A DNA stretch of 64,000 nucleotides from Somniosus microcephalus (lineage: Eukaryota): the NCBI GenBank assembly GCA_052327205.1, contig CM126220.1, positions 33,046,001 to 33,110,000 on the forward strand. Reading direction: 5' to 3'. The notes beneath the pieces were generated by a model, which saw nothing but the letters and a program-made list of their open reading frames with translations, was not told the origin of the DNA and did no database searches. Position 1 is the stretch's first letter. Each line of letters opens with the position of its first letter. Below, piece after piece: positions 26,767-36,600 of this stretch. The position numbers and the translations under genes were made by a program.

Positions 26767-28013
26767 TATAGAAACATAGAAACATAGAAGCATAGAAGAT
26801 AGGAGCAGGAGTAGGCCATTCGGCCCTTCTAACCTGCTCCGCCATTCAATGTGATCATGGCTGATCATCCAAATTCAGTACCCTGTCCCTGCCTTTTCCC
26901 CATATCCCTTGATCCCTTTAGCCGCAAGAAATATATCCAACTCTTTCTTGAATATATTTAATGAACTAGCCTCCACCGCCCTCTGTGGCAGAGAATTCCA
27001 CAGGTTCACCACTCTCTGGGTGAAGAAATTCCTCCTCATTTCAGTCCTAAATGGCTTACCCCTTATCCTTAGACTATGACCCCTGGTTCTGGACTCCCCG
27101 GCCATCAGAAACATCCTTCCTGCATCTAGTCTGTCCAGACCTGACAGAATTTTATAGGTTTCGATGAGATCCCCTCTCAATCTTCTAGACTCCAGTGAGT
27201 ATAAGCCCAATCGACACAATCTCTCCTCATACGTCATTCCTGCCATCCCAGGTATCAGCCTGGTGAATCTTTGCTGCACTCCCTCCATGGCAAGAACGTC
27301 CTTCCTCAGGCAAGGTGACCAAAACTGCACACAATACTCAAGGTGCAGTCTCACCAAGGCCCTGTACAACTGTAGCAAGACATCCTTGTTCCTGTACTCG
27401 AACCCTCTTGCTACGAAGGCCAACATACCATTTGCCTTCTTAACCGCCTGTTGCACCTGCATGCTTACTTTCAGCGACTGGTGCACAAGGATGCCTAGGT
27501 CTCTTTGCACTTCCCCTTCTCCCAATCTATTGCCATTTAGATAATAATCTGCCTTCCTGTTTTTGCCACCAAAGTGGATAACCTCACATTTATCCACATA
27601 ATAGTGCATTTGCCATGTTTCTGCCCAATCACCCAACCTGTCCAAATCGTATTGGAGTTTCCTGACATCCTCCTCGCAGCTTACCCTCCCGCCCAGCTTT
27701 GTGTCGTCTGCAAATTTGGAGATATTACATCCAATTCCCTCGTCCAGATCACTAATATATATTGTGAACAGCTGGGGTCCTAGGACTGATCCTTGCGGTA
27801 CCCCACTAGTCACTGCCTGCCACTCGGAAAACGACCCGTTTATTCCAACTCTTTGCCTTCTGTCTGCCAACTAGTTCTCTATCCAAGTCAATACCTTGCC
27901 CCGAATCCCATGTGCCTTAATTTTGCATGCTAATCTCTTGTGTGGGACCTTATCGAAAGCCTTCTGAAAGTCCAAATACACCACATCCACTGGTTCTCCC
28001 CTATTTATTTTAC
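26767..28013 (-). mobile_element. Young 5'-truncated CR1 LINE
   Basis: The 331-aa RT ORF (26875-27870) has GVPQGSVLGP and FADD. (tttctatg)n tail. Confidence 0.92.
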
Positions 28014-28872
28014 GATGTACGGTGTGCATAACCTCCAATCCTCTTGCAGTGCAATGACTGAATTCCTACACTTTGAGCTCCTCTATGTCCTGTGATTGAA
28101 CAATGTTTCTTCTGATTATTGAAAGATACATTTCTCACATCACTCACAACTCCAACAACCAGCAACCACCTCTTACATTTAATTATGTCACCGTTACTCA
28201 TTTCTCATCTGTTGACTTTCTTGGCCTTATTATCTCCCCTGAGGTCACAGAGGCTCTCTACAGTAGGAGAAGGGACTACATTTCCTTCTCATCACCAGAA
28301 AGAAGCAGGACGAGTGTGCATGTGGCTTTGCCAGGATAGCGGGATTCCCCATGGTGAAGGGTACTACTGACTGCACCCACGTGGCTTTGCGGGCACTGCA
28401 TAACAATCCTGAGATCTTCCGTAACTGCAAAGTCTACCACTCACTTAATGTGCAGTTGGTGTGCGACCACAGATGGCTAATCCTTAATGTCAATGCTCAC
28501 TATCCTGGTAGCAGCCACGATGCCTTCATCCTGTGCCTGACTGGTGAGCCAGCACTCTTCCCGCCACCACGCCAAGCTCGCGGCTGGCTGCTCAGAGACA
28601 AGGGCTATCCGCCTCCATCTGGCTCATGACTCCCTTCCGCAACCCCAACACTTCTGCCCAGCACTCATAATGAGAACCATGCTGACACCAGGAACTTCAT
28701 TGAGCAGACCATTGGCCTGCTGAAGTTCTGCTGCCTTGACCACTCAGGAGGAGCCCTCCAGTACTCGGCTGAGTGGGTGTCCCATTTCATGGTGGTCTGC
28801 TGCATGCTCCACAACTTGGCCATCATGAGGACCCAGCCCTTGCCACCAGGGATTGCAGGACCACTTCAGGAG

Positions 28873-30407
28873 CCCTAGAAATAGTAGATGCATTGCTGAT
28901 CATCTTCCAACATTCAATGGAATCTGGAACAGTACCCATGGATTGGAGGGTAGCTAATGTTACCCCACTATTCAAAAAAGGTGGTAGAGAGAAAACGGGG
29001 AATTACAGACCGGTAAGCCTGACATCGGTAGTGGGGAAAATGCTAGAATCCATTATAAAAGATGTAATAGCAGATCACTTGGAAAACAGTGACAGGATCG
29101 GACAAAGTCAACATGGATTTACAAAAGGTAAATCGTGCTTGACTAATCTACTGGAATTTTTTGAGGATGTAACTAGTAAAATAGATAAGGGAGAACCAGT
29201 GGATGTGGTGTATCTGGACTTTCAGAAGGCTTTCGATAAGGTCCCACATAAGAGATTAGCGTGTAAAGTTAAGGCACATGGGATTGGGGGCAAGGCATTG
29301 ACTTGGATAGAGAACTGGTTGGCAGATAGAAAGCAAAGAGTTGAAATAAACAGGTCTTTTTCCGAGTGGCAGACAGTGACTAGTGGGGTACCGCAGGGAT
29401 CGGTCCTGGGACCCCAGCTATTCACAATATATATTAATGATCTAGACAAGGGAACTAGATGTAATATCTCCAAATTTGCAGACAACACAAAGTTGGGTGG
29501 GCGTGTGTGCTGTGAGGAGGATGCCAAGAAACTACAGGATGATTTGGACAGGTTGGGTGATTGGGCAGAAGCATGGCAGATGCAATATAACGTGGATAAA
29601 TGCGAGGTTATCCACTTTGGTGTCAAAAGCAGGAAGGCAGATTATTATCTAAATGGCAATAGATTGGGAGAAGGGGAAGTGCAACGAGACCTGGGTGTCC
29701 TTGTGCACCAGTCGCTGAAGGTAAGCATGCAGGTGCAGCAGGCGGTTAAGAAGGCAAATGGTATGTTGGCCTTCATAGCGAGAGGGTTTGAGTACAGGAA
29801 CAAGGATGTCTTGCTGCAGTTGTACAGGGCCTTGTTGAGACCACACCTTGAGTATTGTGTGCAGTTTTGTTCGCCTTATCTGAGGAAGGATATTCTTGCC
29901 ATGGAAGGAGTTCAGCGAAGATTCACCAGGCTGATACCTGGGATGGCAGGAATGACGTATGAGGAGAGATTGGGTCGATTGGGCTTGTACTCGCTGGAGT
30001 TTAGAAGAATGAGAGGGGACCTCATTGAAACTTATAAAATTCTGGCAGGACTGGACAGACTAGATGCAGGGAGGATGTTCCCGATGGTCGGGGAATCCAG
30101 AACCAGGGGTCACAGTCTAAGGATAAGGGGTAAGCCTTTTAGGACAGAAATGAGGAGGAATTTCTTCACCCAGAGAGTGGTGAACCTGTGGAATTCTCTA
30201 CCACAGAAGGCAGTAGAGGCCAATTCATTAAATATATTCAAGAAGGAGTTGGATATATTTCTTAAGGCTAAAGGGATCAAGGGGTATGGGGAGAAAGCAG
30301 GGACCGGGTACTGAACTTGGATGATCAGCCATGATCGCATTGAATGGCGGAGCAGGCTCAAGGGGCCGTATGGCCGACTCCTGCTCCTATCTTCTATGTT
30401 TCTATGT
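28873..30407 (+). mobile_element. Young 5'-truncated CR1 LINE inserted in the Harbinger transposase
   Basis: Open RT reading frame to 30314 (FADN in place of FADD), ttctatgtttctatgt tail, and AGGAG on both flanks (possible TSD). Confidence 0.92.
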
Positions 30408-30790
30408 AGGAGGAGGAAGGGAGAGAGGAGGAGGAGGAGGAGCAGGACGAGGAGGAAGAGGAAGCTGAGCAAAATGAGGAGGAGGAGGAACAGGAGCAGG
30501 GAGGAGGCAGCTACTCAATCGTCCTTCCAGAAGAGCGGTCCGTGACTGCCTCATCAGACTGCGGTTCAAATCAATTAAACCCCAGATCCCCGTTGCTCAC
30601 CACATCCCCATTATTCCATCCCTGTCGCAGGCCATATCACAGCGCAAAGATTAAATGAGACACACCACAAAAGAATTCAAACTGAATTAATAATCTTATC
30701 AATAATCAGTGAACACATATTTACAACAAAAATATCATCTATTCACACTTGTGCAATCTCTTAGTTCCTCTCCTATTACTGTGCCTTTGC

Positions 30791-32596
30791 CTACGAACTC
30801 CTACATACTCCTACGAAGTGTTGGCCCAGTGGCTGCAGCAGGGCTGGTTGAAAGCTGCTGAGCGTCCATGCGGAAGACTTCAGATGGCCTTGCAGGATGC
30901 CCTCAACCAGCTCTGGGCCTGGAAGGCCCAGATGTAGACTGCACCAGCTCAGCACGGGCAGCAACAGTCTGGGCTGGCTGGATGACAGGCAGTGACAAGG
31001 GCAATGTCGGAGTGGCAGTGGTGGGAGCAGGAATGCTGTCATCCTGAGAGAGGACAGCAGGTTCCTGCTCCACTGACCAACTGCCACTCCCCCTAGGCCA
31101 GCCCCTCAGCATCCCTAGCACTGACCCAGCCACGATGGCAGCAGTCAGAGCTTGCGTGGCATCAAGCTGAGACTGCATGAGAGCAGTCTGAGATTGGTTG
31201 CCACCAAGCATAGATTGCATTACAGCACTAAGACGTTGCGTCGCTTCCGCCTCCACCTGTGCTGCAATGGAAGCTGCCAGATCGCCCATCACACGTGGCA
31301 TCAGGTCTCGATCGCCACAGTATCTCTGGGAGTCTACCATCCTTTGCAGACTGGGAATGATGGACTCCATGGAGGCACAGAGCCTTGTGCAATGTTGGAG
31401 ACGGACTCCTCCATGCTCCTTATCATTGCTGAGAAGCTCTTGGGCACCCTTGCCATTGCACCTATCATCTCCATGTGCATGCCCATCACCCTTCTTCTAA
31501 AGGCCTCCCCATCGAGGTCCTCATCTGAGTCCTGTGCAGCAGAACTTGTGCGCAAACGCGCCCTCCAGGGAGATGACCCCCGAGCTGCCCTTTACCCCTG
31601 GCCTTGCTGCAGGCCACTCGTCTCTGGTGCCTCATCCTGTGCAGATCCTGCTACTATACTAGCCTCTAAAGAATGCGTAGTGCCAGTATCTGAGCTGGTG
31701 CCTGCGGGTGAGACATGCAGTGACGCGGTGTGTTCTTCCTTCTCCTCTTCTCCCGCCTCACTCTCTATGGTACCCTCAGGGATGGGCTGCTCAGCTGCTT
31801 GCTCATTACCTGAAAGCATAACGGCACAAGAGTTGGGTTAAGGTGAGAGGAGGAGGGGCAGGAAGGGAGAAATGCATGCATATAGCATGATTAGCTGGAA
31901 AGTGCGAAACGCTTGTGGGGTGAGGGGGAAGTGGGATGTGAGAAGGAGTAGGGATGAATATACCGTTGTTGTCCCCAAGGGGGGCAATGTCGGCGGTGGC
32001 CACGGTGCCCACCACCTGGTGCCCAATAATCTCCAGCACTCTATTTTCCAGCGCAGACAGTGGTTGGGTGTCGGCTTATCCCCCACCTGTGTGCTCCTGC
32101 TCCCTCCTGTTGTGAGCCACCTTGGCCTGCAAGGGAAAGGAAAGCGTGTGAGTGAGTGTGGAGCAATGTGTTTGGGTGAGGTGCATGCCATAGTTGAATA
32201 GCTGTCACTTGTGTGCAAGGTGTGAGATGTGGGTGTGAGTGTTGGTCGGTAGAGATTGTTGGTGGGTGAGTGCTAGGGTGTGGTGCTTTGGGCAGTGTGT
32301 GAAGATTGTTGTACAGATGGTGGTATGTAGCATTTGTTGAAGCATTCACACATCCTGACCACCCGAGTGAGGTTGTTAAATTTCTTCCTGCACTGTGTGT
32401 GGGTCCTGGGGACCACAGTGCTGCCCAAGACATGCTGCGCTACCTCCCTCCACATGGTGTGAAAGATTTGCAGCGAGGGCCTCATGCCACTTGCCGGGTA
32501 GAGCACCGCCCTCCGTCTCTCCAGAGTGAACACCAACGCCTCCAAAGCTTCATCGCAGAATCTGCGGGCTCGCTCCCTGGGGCGTGGATCTGCCAT
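30791..32596 (-). pseudogene. Three-exon Myb/SANT-like (trihelix; NAIF1/MSANTD-like) Harbinger accessory gene
   Basis: Exon 1 reads RARRFCDEALEALV...WREVA...RTHTQCRKKFNNL. Exon 2 (32126-31964) reads AKVAHNRREQEHTGGG*..LSALENRVLEIIG and is bounded by AG/GT. Exon 3 starts at 31809 in matching phase 1. Contains stops and frameshifts. Confidence 0.78.
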
Positions 32597-32809
32597 GAGT
32601 ACAGCTGCTTCAGTCCTCCGGCTCCTTCTCCTTGACCTGCAGCTGCTTGCTGAGGCAGCTGCACAGCCAGCAATGTTGAGAATGAGGTTCTGCAGCATCA
32701 ATGAACCTCCCTTTAAAAGCCTGTGGCAATCATGACTTGCGATTAGACTGCACCTGATATTGGTCCACCCTTTGAATGTAACACCAATGAGCTTGGGCTT
32801 AAAGACTTG

Positions 32810-33508
32810 GGCCTAGAAATTGAGTTGGGCCCGCACTAGGGCTTTAGCGCCGGAAATTTTGCGCCGGCGCTAAGTCCCACTGCGCGTTCCAAAAATTCAG
32901 TAGCGCCACGCCCAGACGGCTGCGGGCACTACTGGAGGGTGTCAGCGCCTCCCAATGGGCGCTGACTGCAGGATTGCGGCACTAATCCCCCGCTGCGGCA
33001 CCCGATGCGGTGCGGCAGGCTGGGGTACTGCAGGCCTCCTCCTTCTGTTAAGGAGGAGCTGCCTGCAGCCGACAACTGTCCGGCGGATTCCCCCGACATC
33101 TGAGCCCGGCACCTCGGGGAAGTGCCGGGCTCGCAGCACACACTCATCAGGGCCGCGGGGGGGGTGATGCAGGAGTCCGGGAAGGGAGGTGCGGGCAGGC
33201 GGCCGCCGGGAACGCGGCCGGCCGCCGCTCCACCTTTATGCGCCGGCGCAAAGGCGTGGAAGAACACTTTTCACTTTCGTTAGTTGTGCCTGCCACGGGC
33301 GAGGCGGGCGCAACTGAATTTGGGCTTGGGGCCGGGTTACCACGGCAACCGGGACGCTGCGCACACCGATGACGTTATCGGTGCCGGCGCAGCGCTACCG
33401 GCTAACGCCGATGGTAAGGCCCAAGTCAATTTGCAAAACGGCTATAAGTCCGGCGCAAGGCCCTCTAGCGCCACTAATTGGGCGCTAAGCCCACTCAATT
33501 TCTAGGCC
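32810..33508 (+). mobile_element. ~700-bp GC-rich Harbinger MITE
   Basis: Perfect 16-bp TIR ggcctagaaattgagt / actcaatttctaggcc, TSD TTG. Confidence 0.9.
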
Positions 33509-33662
33509 TTGAAGTAGGACTCCAATCATTTCTTTGAGCAGTGAGCACGAATTTTGCCTGCAGTCTAAAGCATTAACGCCCGGCGCTAATTCTCCAACTT
33601 TTCTACTGATACTGCCCATTCCTTGGCTATAATGAATTTCTAGCCCAATATTGTTTCATAAG

Positions 33663-36600
33663 TGTAGTGTATGTACCCGTTTACCTTTAAGGGAACTATT
33701 GAATGTAACCGTTCGCCTTTAAGAGCACTATTTTAGGTGTGGCACTATTTGTTGGCTCATGTATACTGTAATACCGATAGTGACCACACCAGTATATAAG
33801 GGTTGTGATACGTTAACTAGGGCAGATTCGCCCGAACCTCTGAATAGTAAAGACCTGTTTTATTTGTTAATCTTGGAGTCTGTGTATTATTTGCAATACA
33901 ACCCACAGACTTTACAATGGCGACGAGGCCGATCGTACCCTGCGGCAACAGTAGTTCCTAAGCAACTAAGGAGCGTTGAAGTGAGGCAACCGCCTTCGTC
34001 GTGCTGCTGGAAGAACACACGAGGCTGCAGCAACAGACAGGAAGCAGACTAGCAACGAAAGTTCATCAGCAACAGGCACAACTACCCTTTTACCACGGTG
34101 CGGAGTGCGTCGATCAACTAACAAAAGAAAGCAACCGGCGACCGCAACGACTGTGAGTAGGGGAAAGTGTGGAAAATATCCGGAGGATAAGGGCAGTGAC
34201 CACCACGGTCGAGGGGGTGAAAAAGGCCGGACAGCGACCGGGATCACAAGGCGCGGTGGCGATAAATAAATAAATAACTAAATAACCCGCGAAGAATCAG
34301 CCGCAGCCGGGGAGGAAAGGGCCGGACGGCGGGAGGTCGGGGAGAGGCGTTTGAATCCGCTGAGCGAGAGCCCGAAAGGGAGCGAGCAAGAGTCGCTTCG
34401 AGCGGGAGGCGCTTCGCGAGCCAGCGATCGCACCAGCGATAAGGGCCGAGAGCCGCTTCGGGCGAGAGGCGCAGCGCGGGCCATCGATCGCATCCACTGA
34501 TAAGGGCCGGGCCGCTTTGAAGTGAGGGGCGCAGCCGGGCCATCGATCGCAATCCCTGATAAGGGCCGCACTCGGGCTGGTAGGGCAGAGTCGGCAGACA
34601 CTGAAGGCACGAGAGCTGCGGTGAACAGCGTGGGCCATCAATCGCGGCGGAGATAAGGGCCGCACTCGGGCTGAAAGACAGCGTCGGGGGTCGGGTGAAG
34701 ACCGCCAAGCGCGGGAAAACCGCCATTGAAGTGGGCGGGGAGAGCGAGAAGCGCGGGAAAGCCGCCATTTTTCGCGGGGAAACCGCTGGGGAAGAAGACA
34801 GAAGCGGGAAACCGCCATCTTAGAAAATTAATAAGAATTTTCAGAAATGCTGGTGTGTTCTCAAGAAGAGAGGAAAAATAAGAATAAGTAAAGCAATACT
34901 TGTGTTGTTCTCAAGAAGAGAAGAAGATGCCTAAGCGAGGAAATATTAATGATTTTAATGCTGAAATAGAAGACTGGGCCACGTATGTGGAACGCATAGA
35001 AATATATTGCGTAGCCAACGAAATTGAGGATGACGACAAGGCAATAACTTTGTTATATTCGATGGGAGCAAAAACATACGGGCTCTTGAAACATCTAATA
35101 GCACCAGTTAAACCAGTGGACCAGACCTTCGAAGAGATCGTAGCAGTGCTGAAGGATCACTTGAACCCCACACCGTTGATGCTGGCTGAACGATTTAAAT
35201 TTTACGCAAGAACCCAGAGGAAAGATGAAAGCAATGCGGAATACTTAGTCGAACTGCGTAAGCTAGCGAAATACTGCCAGTTTGGAGGGAATTTGACAGA
35301 GGCGCTGCGGGACAAGTTCGTATGCGGCTTGGCCAAAGAAGGAACGCAGAAGCGACTTCTGGAAGAAAACGACCTCACACTGGACAGGGCTGTCCTCATA
35401 GCTTCATCGCACGAAGCCGCAGCGAAAGGAACGGCGGAAATGCAGCTAAAGGCGGCGGCACTCGGGGTGGACCAAATTACTGCAAGCACTTCCAAATGCT
35501 ACCGTTGTGGAAAGACAACGCATGACCAGAATCAGTGCTGGTTTAAGAACCAAGAGTGCAGGAAATGTGGCAAACTGGGTCACATCGCGAGGGTATGCAG
35601 GTCCGGAAAGAAGACCAACAAGCAAAGGAAGCCACCACCACAAGAAAAGTACAACAAGGTACACCAGGTGGCTGAAAAGAGTTCAGACGAACAAAATTCG
35701 GACTCAGACCCAAACAGCCAGGAGCTGGATAGTCTGAGAATCCATAATGTGGGTAAAGTAACTGATCTACAGACGATCTGGGTCACACTAAAAATAGCTG
35801 GAGTCCAAGTACGAATGGAGCTGGACACGGGATCAGCTGTATCAGTCATCAACCAAAAGGACTACCACCGGCTATTCTCTCACATACCCTTAAGAAATAC
35901 CAAGTTCGTATTACAGACATACACGGGGCATAACGTATACCCCATGGGGAAAATAAGAGTCAAGGTGAGAGATAGGGGTAAAGTACACCCAAGAATGAAT
36001 TTGTACGTACTACCTGAGGGAGGACCACCACTTCTAGGACGGGAGTGGATCAGGAAAATAGACATGGAATGGCACTACCTACAAACAATGACGAGTGAGG
36101 ACTCGGTGCAGACAAGCAGCTCAGACTCCGAGCCGGAAGACGATAAGTCCAGCTTACGTATGAAAAACAAGGTTAACATGAACTCACGGACTAAGGTTGG
36201 AAAATCGATGGCGTGCATAAAGACAGAGAATTCTGAGTCTGTTCAAGTTACAGACATATGCATTACGGAAGAACACCGGGCTCGAACTCAACGTTATTTC
36301 AAAGTACGACAACAATTAGAACAATTAAGTTACCGCCTCGTACAAGAGATGAAAACAATGAAAAAGTTCTATGACACCGAATGGGAGAGTCTGGAAAGAC
36401 AACAGAACCTACTGGCTCAAGCAGAGAGCGACCATAGAGCCATCGTGACCAATTACCGATCACATCTCCCTTATGATGTTCAGGAGTTAGAATATTTGCA
36501 TGATCTAGAGATACAGCAGAAGGGCAAACCACGCTACACTGAGGATTTTGTTCTGCAATTGGAGACGGAGCTAGTGCAGGCAAGGTTAAGAGAAGTTGAA

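Larger units (their letters stand above)
28240..33646 (+). mobile_element. Decayed PIF/Harbinger transposon (transposase on +, Myb gene on -), interrupted by a CR1 and a MITE; left end lost
   Basis: Transposase remnant at 28240-28872 (VKGTTDCTH, GSSHDAFIL, RDKGY) resumes as the acidic tail at 30408. A convergent Myb gene follows. Right TIR aatttctagccc ends at 33646. Confidence 0.8.

Noticed and set aside
28773-30314. 513-aa ORF appearing to fuse a novel N-terminus to RT
   Set aside because: The N-terminus is an off-frame read of the Harbinger transposase remnant running into a 5'-truncated CR1. It is an insertion artefact with a GTG start.
34430-34680. CRISPR-like repeat-spacer array
   Set aside because: The spacers are homologous to each other, the context is eukaryotic and there are no cas genes. 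It is a tandem repeat in an LTR leader.
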